Source of the DNA: Spirochaetia bacterium
GTDB lineage: Bacteria > Spirochaetota > Spirochaetia > DSM-2461
Direction: 5' to 3'
Length of the DNA: 64,000 nt
Assembly (NCBI GenBank): GCA_963668315.1
Contig: OY764216.1
Span: forward strand, 5,152,001-5,216,000
Shown: one piece after another, positions 38,187-48,247 of the stretch
How the letters are laid out: each line of letters opens with the position of its first letter
Numbering within the stretch: the stretch's first letter is position 1
Program-made: the position numbers and the translations under genes
Notes under the pieces: generated by a model
Seen by the model: only the letters and a program-made list of their open reading frames with translations
Databases searched by the model: none
What the model was told of the DNA's origin: nothing

Positions 38187-39469
38187 AGTTCTTCCCCGTC
38201 CCTCTCAATTCGGTATAATTCCAGACTGTCATCCTTGAAGTCGGTAAAGGCAAGGTAGCCCGAATCGGGACTTACATCAAGACCGGTAGGCTGATCCCGT
38301 CCCCAGATCCATCCCATGACTTCCTGCTTCTCCAGATCGATGATGTACACTTTTCCGAACTCATGCCCTTCGATCAGATAGGAGACCGGATTATTGGGGC
38401 CCCGGCAGGAGACGAAAAGATAGCGCCCGTCGGGAGACATCTGGGCGGTGTTGGGTTTCTGGCCGACCCGATAGATCCGTTTGACCGCGCCGGTTCTGTC
38501 CGACAGGGCATAGACCAGTCCCAGCTGCATATTGGTCACATAGAAAAGGCCCCTTCTGCCGTCGGGAACCAGATGGCGCATAGCCCCCGAATGGGCGCTG
38601 TAAGTGCGGGTCGTCACTTCGCCCGTAGCCAGATCGACATAATCGATGGCATTGGCGGAGAAAATCGTCACCAGCAATGTCTCCCCGTCGGGCGAGAGGC
38701 TGAGTCCCCGGGGGATGCCGCTCACGGGAAAGATTCTAAGGACGGCACGGGTTTCCCCATCAATTTCGCTGACCGTTTCCGATTCCCAGTTGGAGATATA
38801 GACCCGCGATTCATCCCGGGAGGGGAGAAGCACTTTGGACCATTCGCCTCCCGTATCGTAACTGCCCAGATACCGCCAGTCTCCTATGGAATAGACATGG
38901 AAGAATCCGTTGCTCATCTGGGAAAACCAGACCTCTCCCCTCCCGGGAAGCCAGCAGGACTCGACGAAACCCGTACGGCGGGCCATGGGCTCGGGGGGAA
39001 TCAGATCGATCAGATGGGCGAAGGGCCGGGCCGTATAGATTTGAAGTCCCTGTCCGCTTCCCAGGGACGCCACGGCGAGGTAGCGGCCGTCGGGAGAGTA
39101 AGTTACGCTTTTGGGCTGTTTGGCTGTGGGGAGTTCTGCCAGGGGATAGAGGGGCAGATCGGGTTTTTCCAGCTTTCCTTCAATCAGCTCACCCGGTCCG
39201 TCCGCCCAGAGAGGATAATCCTCCGAAAGATACCCCTCGGCGGCAAGGGACAGGTGGTGCAGTCCTTCCCTGACATAAAATGTTCGGTATTCCCCGTCCT
39301 CCTCCGTCTCATCCGGTTCAACGGGAATGCCGTCAAGAAAAACCTGGGAATCCAGAGGAAAATGGCGCAGGGTGATGGGAACGAAACCGGTCTGGGCGGA
39401 CAGGGTCAGCATAAAACAGACGTTGAGGAGGATGAAAAATAGTACTTTTCCGATGATCCTTTCTCCCAT
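38165..39469 (-). CDS. PEGA plus YVTN/YncE beta-propeller exported protein
   Basis: Signal segment, VFLDG PEGA-like region, repeated P.....SPDG blades. Confidence 0.85.
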   Translation of the reverse strand: MGERIIGKVLFFILLNVCFMLTLSAQTGFVPITLRHFPLDSQVFLDGIPVEPDETEEDGEYRTFYVREGLHHLSLAAEGYLSEDYPLWADGPGELIEGKLEKPDLPLYPLAELPTAKQPKSVTYSPDGRYLAVASLGSGQGLQIYTARPFAHLIDLIPPEPMARRTGFVESCWLPGRGEVWFSQMSNGFFHVYSIGDWRYLGSYDTGGEWSKVLLPSRDESRVYISNWESETVSEIDGETRAVLRIFPVSGIPRGLSLSPDGETLLVTIFSANAIDYVDLATGEVTTRTYSAHSGAMRHLVPDGRRGLFYVTNMQLGLVYALSDRTGAVKRIYRVGQKPNTAQMSPDGRYLFVSCRGPNNPVSYLIEGHEFGKVYIIDLEKQEVMGWIWGRDQPTGLDVSPDSGYLAFTDFKDDSLELYRIERDGEELWKELNR

Positions 39470-39503
39470 GGAAATATTATAGCCAGAAACAGGAAAAAAA
39501 ATC

Positions 39504-39529
39504 CAACCCCAAACGACCTTTTGCGAATA
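39504..39529 (+). promoter_or_regulatory. Putative ECF-sigma autoregulatory promoter
   Basis: CAAC (39504-07), 16 nt, CGAATA (39524-29) just upstream of the ECF ATG. Confidence 0.5.
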
Positions 39530-39539
39530 ATATAAGTGT

Positions 39540-40112
39540 ATGGATCGTATCGGAAGCCTCTGGTCGGAGTGGAATGCCGGCGCCGGGAGAAATAAAAAAA
39601 GACTTAAGGAGAATCTCATAAGGGAAATTTGGTGCCACTACCATCCCCGGCTGCAGGTGTTCCTTTCATCCCTTCCCGGAGAGGAGCGGGAAGACCGGGT
39701 GTCGGAGATTCTGCTTAAAGTGTTCGAATCGCTGGAGAAATATAATCCGGAGTACGCCTTTTCCACCTGGCTCTACCGGATTGCCCGGAACGATCAGATT
39801 GACCGGTACCGCAGGAAGTCGCCCCGGCTGGTGGAGTGGCAGGAAGAGATTCATTCGCCGGAAGAAGAAAGGGACACGCCGGAGAAAATTGTTCTGCACG
39901 AGACGGAAAAGGAGCTTATCCGCGAAGCGATAGAAACGCTCAGAGCCGATGACAGGGAGCTTCTCTACCTGGCAGGATACGAAGAGCTTCCCTACAGGGA
40001 GATATCCCAAATCATCGGACGGCCGGTGGGCACGATCAAATACGAGATGCATCGCATAAGAAAAGAGTTAAAAAGCATACTGAAGGAGGACTTTTGCTAT
40101 GAAGCGGAATGA
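39540..40112 (+). CDS. ECF RNA polymerase sigma factor
   Basis: Region 2 FSTWLYRIARN; region 4 YREISQIIGRPVGTIK...HR. Confidence 0.95.
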   Translation: MDRIGSLWSEWNAGAGRNKKRLKENLIREIWCHYHPRLQVFLSSLPGEEREDRVSEILLKVFESLEKYNPEYAFSTWLYRIARNDQIDRYRRKSPRLVEWQEEIHSPEEERDTPEKIVLHETEKELIREAIETLRADDRELLYLAGYEELPYREISQIIGRPVGTIKYEMHRIRKELKSILKEDFCYEAE

Positions 40113-40410
40113 TCCCGTGAAAGAGTATTTTGCCGGGGAAGTGGAGCGGATGAACACACCGTCCCTGCCGGAGAAATACAGAGAAAGGAAAAACGGCAGG
40201 CGCTGGAAGGACGACCTGGGGACCCTGGCCGCCGTGGCCGCCGTATTCGTTCTGATTCTCATTCCCGGAAACTATGAGACACCGATAAGGAAGGCCCATA
40301 TGAGCCGGGAATGCTATGAGGAGCTGCAGAACGCTATCCCCGAGATTGTCTATAACGCGGCTCTTTACCTTCAGACACAGGCAAAAAACAACGAAAAGGA
40401 GATATTATGA
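40099..40410 (+). CDS. Putative single-pass anti-sigma factor
   Basis: Overlaps the ECF 3' end, has AAGGAGG RBS and one TM (LAAVAAVFVLILI). Confidence 0.65.
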   Translation: MKRNDPVKEYFAGEVERMNTPSLPEKYRERKNGRRWKDDLGTLAAVAAVFVLILIPGNYETPIRKAHMSRECYEELQNAIPEIVYNAALYLQTQAKNNEKEIL

Positions 40411-40853
40411 AAGTACGATTTTTTATGGGGATAGGGGTAACCCTTCTCCTCTTTGCCGCGGGGATATTGCTGGCGGGGAATCCCATTGGAATATTTGTTG
40501 ATCCCGCTTCCCTGTTATTTGCCCTTTTTGTTCCCCATATCCTCATATCCTTTACGATTCCCCTCTCCCGGCAGAGGCAGATTATTCATGGACTTTTATC
40601 AAATGAAAGGATGGAGAGAACCCTGCAGGCTCAGGGGGTTATCTATCTAAACTCCCTGAAAAGGATGGTTATCTGCTGCACGATCGGGACAATCATACTG
40701 GGAATGATCGGTATACTGGCCAACCTGGAAGATATGGCCTCGGTGGGGCCTAATATGGCGGTCTGCCTTATCGTCTCCTTCTATGCCGCCGTCTATATTC
40801 TGGCCGTAATCGAACCGCTCAGGCTGGCGGCGGATGCTAAGGAGATATTATGA
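40407..40853 (+). CDS. Short MotA/TolQ/ExbB-like membrane protein, copy 1
   Basis: Four TM helices; FVDPASLL and GMIGILANLED...GPNMAVCLI..FYA resemble MotA TM2-4. Confidence 0.65.
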   Translation: MKVRFFMGIGVTLLLFAAGILLAGNPIGIFVDPASLLFALFVPHILISFTIPLSRQRQIIHGLLSNERMERTLQAQGVIYLNSLKRMVICCTIGTIILGMIGILANLEDMASVGPNMAVCLIVSFYAAVYILAVIEPLRLAADAKEIL

Positions 40854-41305
40854 AAATACGTTTTTTTGTGGCCATTCTAGTTATCCTTCTCTTTTTTTCC
40901 GCGGGAATAATCATGGCGGGGAATCCTCTGTACCTCTATGCAGATCTGTTATCCCTGATATTCGCCCTATTCATTCCCCATATTATCCTATCCTTCAGGA
41001 CACCCCTGTCGGCTCAGAGAGAGCTTTTCGGTGAGATTTTATCGGCCCATCCCTCTTCGGCCGACACTCTCCAAAAAAGCCTCTCCTTTCTTCGTTCACT
41101 GAAAACAATGGTTATAAGCTGTTCCCTGGCCACATTTCTGTCGGGGGTCATAGGTATGATGGCGAATTTAGAATATATAGCTGACTTAGGCCCGAATACA
41201 GCCGTCTGCCTCATCGCCGCCTTCTATGCCGCCCTTTATATCCTGGCCGTTATCGAGCCGCTTCGCCTGGCGGCGGAGATGAAAATGACGGAACTTGAAA
41301 AATAA
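40850..41305 (+). CDS. Short MotA/TolQ/ExbB-like membrane protein, copy 2
   Basis: Clear paralogue of copy 1 (AGNP, FALF.PHI, ANLE, GPN.AVCLI, YILAVIEPLRLAA). Confidence 0.65.
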   Translation: MKIRFFVAILVILLFFSAGIIMAGNPLYLYADLLSLIFALFIPHIILSFRTPLSAQRELFGEILSAHPSSADTLQKSLSFLRSLKTMVISCSLATFLSGVIGMMANLEYIADLGPNTAVCLIAAFYAALYILAVIEPLRLAAEMKMTELEK

Positions 41306-41372
41306 AATCATGGGAGACTTTGAATAATTGAGCGTTTTCCTCTAACATAGCTTTCTGAGGAGAATAACAACT

Positions 41373-42503
41373 ATGGAAAACAGCATCAAAGAATATATAG
41401 AAAACAGCCGGGACGAGTCGATCGAAAGACTGACCGCCCTGGGAAAGATTCCCGCCCCCAGCGGTGACGAAGATAAAAGGGCGGCCTACTGCCTGGACTG
41501 GTTCAAGTCCATGGGCGGGAAAAACGCCTATATCGACGAAGCGAAAAATGTCGTCTGCCCGCTTAACTGCGAGGGAAAGGACAGCATAACCGTCTTTATG
41601 GCCCATACGGATGTGGTCTTTCCCGACACCGATGAACTGCCCCTCAGGCGGGAGGAGAATTTTCTCTACGCTCCCGGGATCGGCGATGACACGGCCAATC
41701 TGATAAACCTGATGATGGGCACGAAATATCTTCTGGAAAAGAAAATCCCCCTGAAGAAGGGGCTGCTCATCGTGGCCAACTCCTGTGAGGAAGGATTGGG
41801 CAACCTGAAAGGGAGCAAACAGATTTTCAAGGATTACGGAGACAGAATTGACGAATTCTACTCCTTCGACGGCTATCTCCCCGGCTGTACCGATACTCCT
41901 GTAGGCTCCTACCGCTACCGGATTACCGCCCGGGCCCAGGGAGGCCACTCATTCGGAGACTTCGGCCGGGAAAATCCCATTGCCACCATGGCCTCACTTA
42001 TCGGTAAACTCTATGGGATAGAACCGCCGACGGAGGAACGAACCACCTATAATGTAGGCAGGATTGAGGGGGGAACCACGGTGAATTCCATCCCCCAGGA
42101 AGTCAGCGCTCTCTATGAGTTCCGCTCCCCTTCCCAGACCTGTCTGGACATCATGGAAGGGAAATATAAAAGGATTATTACCGATTTTCAGGAAAAGGGC
42201 CATAAAGTGGAAAGCGAGATACTGGGAGTCAGACCGGGCCGGGGCGAGATGGACGATGAAGCCTTCAACGCCTGGACAGAGGAAAACCTCAATGTCATCC
42301 GCAAGCACTACAAGGGAGAAGTCAAACGGACCATACAGTCAACAGATGCGAATATTCCCCTCTCCCGGGGCATCCTTGCCAACACCATCGGCACGATAAA
42401 GGGGGGCGGAGCCCATACGCGGGAAGAGTGGGTCGATCTGGACAGCCTCCCCGCGGGACTGGCCATCGTCCTGGATCTGCTCATGTTCCGGGGAGCTCTC
42501 TGA
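41373..42503 (+). CDS. M20/M25/M40 metallo-hydrolase
   Basis: AHTDVVF, GIGDD, EEGLG, GGHS, STDAN, AHT.EE. Confidence 0.9.
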   Translation: MENSIKEYIENSRDESIERLTALGKIPAPSGDEDKRAAYCLDWFKSMGGKNAYIDEAKNVVCPLNCEGKDSITVFMAHTDVVFPDTDELPLRREENFLYAPGIGDDTANLINLMMGTKYLLEKKIPLKKGLLIVANSCEEGLGNLKGSKQIFKDYGDRIDEFYSFDGYLPGCTDTPVGSYRYRITARAQGGHSFGDFGRENPIATMASLIGKLYGIEPPTEERTTYNVGRIEGGTTVNSIPQEVSALYEFRSPSQTCLDIMEGKYKRIITDFQEKGHKVESEILGVRPGRGEMDDEAFNAWTEENLNVIRKHYKGEVKRTIQSTDANIPLSRGILANTIGTIKGGGAHTREEWVDLDSLPAGLAIVLDLLMFRGAL

Positions 42504-42507
42504 TCTT

Positions 42508-43716
42508 ATGGATCATTTTTCCCTCATCATTATCGGAGGCGGACCGGCCGGGCTCATGGCGGCATACTCTGCCGGTGGCCGGGATACACTTCTGATAGAG
42601 GGAGGCCCCAAAACGGGGCGGAAACTTCTTATCACCGCGGCGGGTCAGTGCAACTTTACCCACCGGGGCACCGTTCCGGAACTTCTAAAGCGTTACAACG
42701 ACAGGGAGCGGTTTCTCCGCCCCGCCCTCTTCTCCTTCACCAACGACGATGCGGTCCGCTTCTTTGAAGAGAGAGGAGTTCCCTCCTTTACCGATGGGGC
42801 GGGTCGTGTTCTGCCCCGTTCACTCGCGGCCCGGGATATTCTTCACAACCTTAACGAAGCAGCCCGGGAAAGGGGAACCCGATTCCACCTGAACGACCGG
42901 GTACTGCGGGTGGAGAGGGAGGAAGAAAACTTCCGGGTTATCACGAAGCTGCGGAATTTCACCTGCGAAAGGCTGATTATCGCCACGGGGGGGAAGTCCT
43001 TTCCAAAAACGGGCTCTTCGGGAGACGGTTACCGCCTTGCCGCGGAGCTCGGACATAGTATAATACCGCCCCATCCGGCTCTCACGGGGATAGAATCGGA
43101 CGATTTCCTCCTTACCCCTTTGGCGGGGCTCTCCTTTGAGGACAGGGAGATGGAACTCTATCGGGAGGGGAAGCTGCACAGCCGTTACCGGGGCAATCTT
43201 CTCATCACCCATAAAGGGCTCTCCGGACCGGTAATCATCAATAACAGCCGGGATATGAAGGAGGGGGATGAGATTCGAATAAATTTCACCGGCCGCTCCC
43301 GGGAAGAGCTCAACCTGCTATGGAGCGAACAGGCATCAAAGGACGGAACAAAACAGCTGGGAAGTTTTCTGAAATCCCTGTCCCTCCCCCGCAATCTTAT
43401 CCCATCGCTCCTGGGGGAGATTCCTGCCGGAAAAAACCTGTCCCAGGTTACGAAAAAGGAAAGGACGCGCCTCCTGGCTGATCTCTCCTCCTACCGGGTA
43501 AGTCTGGACCGGCTGCAGGGATGGACTACGGCCATGGTCACGGCGGGCGGTGTCGACACCAAGGAGATCAATCCCAAAACGATGGAATCCCGCCGGGTGG
43601 AAGGACTCTACTTTGCGGGGGAAGTGCTTGATGTGGACGGAGACTCGGGGGGATACAATGTGCAGGCTGCCTTCTCCACCGGCTTCCTGGCGGGGCAGTC
43701 ATCCTTGAACAAGTAG
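42508..43716 (+). CDS. HI0933/BaiN-family flavoprotein
   Basis: GGGPAG, GRKLL...GQCN, ATGG.S, TH.GLSGP, VTAGGV, GGYN.QAA. Confidence 0.93.
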   Translation: MDHFSLIIIGGGPAGLMAAYSAGGRDTLLIEGGPKTGRKLLITAAGQCNFTHRGTVPELLKRYNDRERFLRPALFSFTNDDAVRFFEERGVPSFTDGAGRVLPRSLAARDILHNLNEAARERGTRFHLNDRVLRVEREEENFRVITKLRNFTCERLIIATGGKSFPKTGSSGDGYRLAAELGHSIIPPHPALTGIESDDFLLTPLAGLSFEDREMELYREGKLHSRYRGNLLITHKGLSGPVIINNSRDMKEGDEIRINFTGRSREELNLLWSEQASKDGTKQLGSFLKSLSLPRNLIPSLLGEIPAGKNLSQVTKKERTRLLADLSSYRVSLDRLQGWTTAMVTAGGVDTKEINPKTMESRRVEGLYFAGEVLDVDGDSGGYNVQAAFSTGFLAGQSSLNK

Positions 43717-43720
43717 AAAA

Positions 43721-44488
43721 TTACAGGAAAAGCCGGACCGTTCCCGCCGCCGTGGCCACCAGTACGAAATACCGAAAGGGTCTGTCGGGGATGATCTTGA
43801 CAATAAAAAATCCCACATTAATCCCCAGAAAAATAAAAGGCGCCAGTGTCAGGGAGAAAACAAGTGTGTCGGCTCTCATGGTTCCCCAGAAAAAGATATG
43901 AACCGGCAGCTTCAGTACGTTGACGATAAAAAAGAAAACCGCGCCCGTGCCTATGAAAATCGTCTTGGGAAGATCCAGAGCCAGCAGATAGGCGGCCATA
44001 ATCGGTCCTGCCGCATTGCCGATCATGGTGGAGAGTCCTCCCAGAAGCCCCGCTCCCGAATGGGCGGCCCAGTGATCGGGCAGATGCAGCTCGCTTCCCT
44101 TTATCTCTTTATACACCATTAAGATGAGGCACAGGGAAACAATACAGGCCAGAAACAGAGTAAACATGCGGTCCGGCATATAATTGCCCAGAAACATACC
44201 GGCTACAATCCCGACCAGGGTCATGGGCAGCATCTTTTTCAGATAGGAAAAAGCTACCTTGTTCCTGTAAATGACAAGGGCGCAGACATCGCCGACCAGA
44301 AGAAGGGGAAGAAGTACTCCCGTAGACATGCGGGCACCGAGAATCCCTGCGTACAGGGGCACGGCGATAATACCGATACCGCGCAGGCCCGCTTTGTCCA
44401 TGCCGATTAGAAGAGACCCGAAAGCCAAAACGATCCATTGCCAGAGTGTGGGAGAACCGGGAAGACCGGCCAGGAACTGATAAAACAT
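43721..44488 (-). CDS. TauE/SafE sulfite-exporter family membrane protein
   Basis: GMDKAG, LPLLLVGD, NAAGP, N..KLP; about eight TM helices. Confidence 0.9.
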   Translation of the reverse strand: MFYQFLAGLPGSPTLWQWIVLAFGSLLIGMDKAGLRGIGIIAVPLYAGILGARMSTGVLLPLLLVGDVCALVIYRNKVAFSYLKKMLPMTLVGIVAGMFLGNYMPDRMFTLFLACIVSLCLILMVYKEIKGSELHLPDHWAAHSGAGLLGGLSTMIGNAAGPIMAAYLLALDLPKTIFIGTGAVFFFIVNVLKLPVHIFFWGTMRADTLVFSLTLAPFIFLGINVGFFIVKIIPDRPFRYFVLVATAAGTVRLFL

Positions 44489-44596
44489 AAAACAAGTATA
44501 TACGGGAATACTCGTTGTGCCTATTCATTAGTTCATGATAATCTTTGGAAGGATTCTCTCTTGATTAACATATTCCCGGGGCAGGAAACCACGACT

Positions 44597-45379
44597 ATGA
44601 AAGAAAATATACTATTAGGGATGCCAACCCTTATCGAACTGGGATCGCTTCAGAAGAATATTGAATTCTGCAGATCGATGAGATTTGACCTTCTGGAACT
44701 GAATATGAACCTCCCCTCTCTTCAGCTTGAAACTCTTAAAACCGCCGAGCTTCCCGGAGATTTACAGTACTCCCTCCACCTGCCCGAAGAACTGAATGTA
44801 TGGGATTTCAACAGTAAAGTCAGAAAGGCCTATTCTGATACCGTGCTGGAAGCCATAGAAATCGCCGCATTAAAAAATATCACCATTCTCAACATGCATA
44901 TGAACCGGGGAGTCTATTTTACTCTTCCCCACAAGAAAATTTTCCTTTTTGAAGAGAATCAAAGATTCTTTGAAGACATGACGGGAGAGTTCCGCCACCT
45001 TATCCAAAGAGCTCTCAAAGGCACAGATATAAAAATCTATATAGAGAATACGGGAATTCTGGATATACCGTTTATCCGCCATGCCGTTTCAAGCCTTATA
45101 GAAAGCGAGTCGTTCCTATTAACATGGGATGTCGGCCATGATGCCTCCAGCGGATTCAGGGATCTGAGTTTCTACCAGTCCCACCTATCCCGAATTAAGC
45201 ACATGCACCTTCATGACTATCTGGGGGCAAAGAATCATCTGCCCCTGGGGGAAGGAAACCTAAAAGCAAGGGAGATCCTGGAGATTTCGGGAGATTCCCT
45301 GGACTCAATAATCCTGGAAACGAAGACCTGCGAGGGGTTGAAGAAATCGTTGGAGTATTTCAGGGAGATTTGTCCCTAG
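44597..45379 (+). CDS. Sugar-phosphate isomerase/AP-endonuclease-2 TIM-barrel protein
   Basis: ELN, LHLP, H, IEN, WDVGH, HLHD, HLPLG.G, LE metal-binding motifs. Confidence 0.85.
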   Translation: MKENILLGMPTLIELGSLQKNIEFCRSMRFDLLELNMNLPSLQLETLKTAELPGDLQYSLHLPEELNVWDFNSKVRKAYSDTVLEAIEIAALKNITILNMHMNRGVYFTLPHKKIFLFEENQRFFEDMTGEFRHLIQRALKGTDIKIYIENTGILDIPFIRHAVSSLIESESFLLTWDVGHDASSGFRDLSFYQSHLSRIKHMHLHDYLGAKNHLPLGEGNLKAREILEISGDSLDSIILETKTCEGLKKSLEYFREICP

Positions 45380-45458
45380 GGTTACAAAACTGTCAGGCTC
45401 AATTCCCCCATCATCCCTTCACATAATATGTAAATAGTTATATTCTCATAGTTGTCGA

Positions 45459-46559
45459 ATGTTTATTCATCAATTGTATAAAAAGAAAAAAATGTCAAAA
45501 TTCAATGAGAATTCCTATTTTCTGCAAAAACTGGAAAACAATCTATTCGTTTACAAAAAAATCCTTATCCTCCTTGGGATAAGTTCCCTGATTTTTCTGG
45601 TTAGAAATATCCTTTTCTTTCTGGGCATAGATAAGCTTTCTCCCTTTTACCTTTCTGTCTATCTGGCAGGGCTTCTGGTTACCCTGTCCACCTACCTGAT
45701 ACTCCCCGCCCTCTATAAGAGATCGGAGAAGGGGACGGCCTACATCTTTCTCCTGGGTTCCTGCGGCACCCTGTTTATCCTGTTCGTTATCCTGTCCTTT
45801 CTGGATTCCGCCTTCATAAATGACACCGATCTGACGGCCTACTGCATGGGGCTTCTCCTCGTGGGATTCATGCTCAGGATCGACTATCGGATTTCCGCAG
45901 TGATCTGCTCGGCGGGGATAGTCCTTTTCCTGTCCTTGATGACTCTTTTTACGACCTATGAGGTCACGTTCCAGTCGGTTCTGCCCCTCTTGGCGATAAA
46001 CACTCTCGCTGTCTATTTCTCCTACATCAGGGAAGATTTTTTCCATAATGTGTACAGGGATAAACAGTTTATAGAGGAAGAAGCCATGCAGGACAGCCTG
46101 ACGGAAACCTATAACCGGCGCTATATGGAAAAGGAACTGAACCGTTATATCGAACGCAAAAAAGAGCAGGATCTTCCTTTCAGCTGCCTCTTTATCGACA
46201 TCGATTTTTTCAAGAAAATCAACGATGAATACGGCCATGCCTCCGGGGACAACGTGCTCAGGCAGTTTGCCTCCATTCTGAGAAAAGGGGTAAGGACCTC
46301 GGACAGGGTCATCCGTTACGGCGGGGAGGAATTCGTGGTAATCCTTGCCGATACGGACCTGCCCCGCGCCCGGGAGACGGCGGAGCGTTTTCGAAAGCAG
46401 ATAGAAACGACGCGCTTCTCCTCCCTCACCGAAGGCATTACGGCCAGTTTCGGGATAGCCCAGGCGACGGCGGAAGACACTGCCGATTCCCTCATACAAC
46501 GGGCAGACAACTATCTTTACCAGGCAAAGAAAGAAGGCAGGAACCGCTGCTGCGGATAA
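45459..46559 (+). CDS. Membrane-bound diguanylate cyclase (start 45459 or 45492)
   Basis: About six TM helices, DSLT..YNRR, DIDFFK, RTSD I-site, RYGGEEF. Confidence 0.93.
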   Translation: MFIHQLYKKKKMSKFNENSYFLQKLENNLFVYKKILILLGISSLIFLVRNILFFLGIDKLSPFYLSVYLAGLLVTLSTYLILPALYKRSEKGTAYIFLLGSCGTLFILFVILSFLDSAFINDTDLTAYCMGLLLVGFMLRIDYRISAVICSAGIVLFLSLMTLFTTYEVTFQSVLPLLAINTLAVYFSYIREDFFHNVYRDKQFIEEEAMQDSLTETYNRRYMEKELNRYIERKKEQDLPFSCLFIDIDFFKKINDEYGHASGDNVLRQFASILRKGVRTSDRVIRYGGEEFVVILADTDLPRARETAERFRKQIETTRFSSLTEGITASFGIAQATAEDTADSLIQRADNYLYQAKKEGRNRCCG

Positions 46560-46590
46560 AAAAACCGCCCCCCGGGAGGAGGACGGTAAA
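46558..46590 (-). terminator. Intrinsic terminator after araA
   Basis: ACCGTCCTCC/GGGGGGCGGT stem followed by a T-run on the minus strand. Confidence 0.7.
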
Positions 46591-46608
46591 AAAAATTAAA
46601 GGAGGTTT

Positions 46609-48120
46609 TTAATTCCAGCTTTTGGGTCCGTAGAAAACTTCATTCCAGCGCAGTTCGCTCCGGAACTGTTCCAGTTTGGTATCTTCATCAATAACGACCA
46701 TCTCCATACCGACGATATCGGCATAAGTCCTGAGCTGATCCACCGTCACGGCCTGTGAGAAATTGGAGTGGTGAGCGGCGCCGGCATAGATCCAGGCGGC
46801 GGCCCCCACTTTCAGGTCGGGCATGGGTTTCCACAGGGCGCGGGCCACGGGCAGTTTCGGGAACTGGGCGGGCGGATCGAGAACATTCACCTTGTTGACG
46901 ACAAGGCGGAACCGGTTCCCCAGATCGATAAGCGACGCGTTCAGGGCGGCTCCGGCGGGCACGTTGAATACCAATCGGGCCGGATCGTCCTTTCCGCCGA
47001 TTCCCAGGGGATGGCACTCCATGGTCACCGGCAGATCCCCGGCGATGGAGGGGCAGACTTCCAGCATATGGGCTCCCAGGCAGAGGGATTCCTTGCCGTC
47101 GAAATGGTAGGTGTAGTCCTCCATGAAAGAAGTGGCACCGGGTAGTCCCGCCCCCATCACTTTCATCGTCCTCAGGAAAGCCGCCGTCTTCCAGTCGCCC
47201 TCGGCGCCGAATCCGTAACCCTTGGCCATCAGCCCCTGACCGGCCAGACCGGGAAGCTGCTTCAGCCCGTAAAGGTTCTCGAAAGTCGTGGTGAAGGCCT
47301 TGAAACCTCCCTCTTCCATAAAGGCGGTGATACCCAGCTCAATCTGTACGGCGTCCATGAGGTTCTGATACTTGTCTCCGCCGGGCCTGACGTTATCGGC
47401 CATGGAAACGAAGGAGGCGTACTCGTCGATCCGGGCCTTGATCTGGGCCTCGGTCACCCCGTCCACAAAGGGAAGCAGATCGCCGATACCGTATCCGGAT
47501 ACCTCGTAACCCAGCTCAATCTGGGCGCCCACCTTATTTCCTTCGGTTACGGCCACTTCGCGCATATTGTCACCGAAGCGGCACACCTTCATGCCCTGAG
47601 CATCGGCCCAGGCCACGGCCACGCGGGCCCAGAGACCCAGTTCGCCCCGCACTTCCGGATCTTCCCAGTGACCGACAATCACCTTTCTGTCCAGCCTCAT
47701 GCGGCCGTTGATAAAACCGAACTCCCGGCCGCCGTGGGCCGACTGGTTCAGGTTCATGAAATCCATATCGATGGTGGCGTAGGGCAGAGCGCTTCCGAAC
47801 TGCGTATGGAGATGGCAGTAGGGCTTATTCAGCGCTCCCAGTCCCCGGATCCACATCTTGGCGGGAGAAAAGGTGTGCATCCACAGCACCAGACCGGCGC
47901 ATTTGTCATCGCTGTTGGCGTCGCGGCAGACGGCGTAAACCTCTTCCGACGTGGTGACGACCTGCTTGAAAACCAGCTTGACCGGCATCTTGGAATCGCT
48001 GTCCAGACCGGCCACGATTTTTCTGGAATTGTCCGCCACCTGTCTCAGCGTGTCTTCGCCGTACAGATGCTGACTTCCCGTAACAAACCAAATCTCGTAA
48101 TCCTTAAAAATTTCCGTCAT
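46609..48120 (-). CDS. araA: L-arabinose isomerase
   Basis: [47 protein letters not shown]. Confidence 0.98.
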   Translation of the reverse strand: MTEIFKDYEIWFVTGSQHLYGEDTLRQVADNSRKIVAGLDSDSKMPVKLVFKQVVTTSEEVYAVCRDANSDDKCAGLVLWMHTFSPAKMWIRGLGALNKPYCHLHTQFGSALPYATIDMDFMNLNQSAHGGREFGFINGRMRLDRKVIVGHWEDPEVRGELGLWARVAVAWADAQGMKVCRFGDNMREVAVTEGNKVGAQIELGYEVSGYGIGDLLPFVDGVTEAQIKARIDEYASFVSMADNVRPGGDKYQNLMDAVQIELGITAFMEEGGFKAFTTTFENLYGLKQLPGLAGQGLMAKGYGFGAEGDWKTAAFLRTMKVMGAGLPGATSFMEDYTYHFDGKESLCLGAHMLEVCPSIAGDLPVTMECHPLGIGGKDDPARLVFNVPAGAALNASLIDLGNRFRLVVNKVNVLDPPAQFPKLPVARALWKPMPDLKVGAAAWIYAGAAHHSNFSQAVTVDQLRTYADIVGMEMVVIDEDTKLEQFRSELRWNEVFYGPKSWN

Positions 48121-48147
48121 GTTTTTCTCCTTTTCACATCAAAAAAA

Positions 48148-48235
48148 CAGGGCCAGGCGGGCGGCCCGCGCCTTTGGCGCGGCCGGGCTTTCCGCTCGAA
48201 TGCCCACCGGGCATAACCGCTTCAATCCCTGCCGC
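48148..48235. repeat. GC-rich multi-hairpin REP-like intergenic element
   Basis: CCGCGCC-TTT-GGCGCGG and ATGCCC-ACC-GGGCAT hairpins bracketed by CAGGG/CCCTG. Single copy in this window. Confidence 0.5.
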
Positions 48236-48247
48236 ATGGGCACTATT

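Noticed and set aside
40407..41305. Zorya defence system or flagellar stator
   Set aside because: No ZorB/MotB, no long ZorA tail, no effector genes, and no torque-generating domain.
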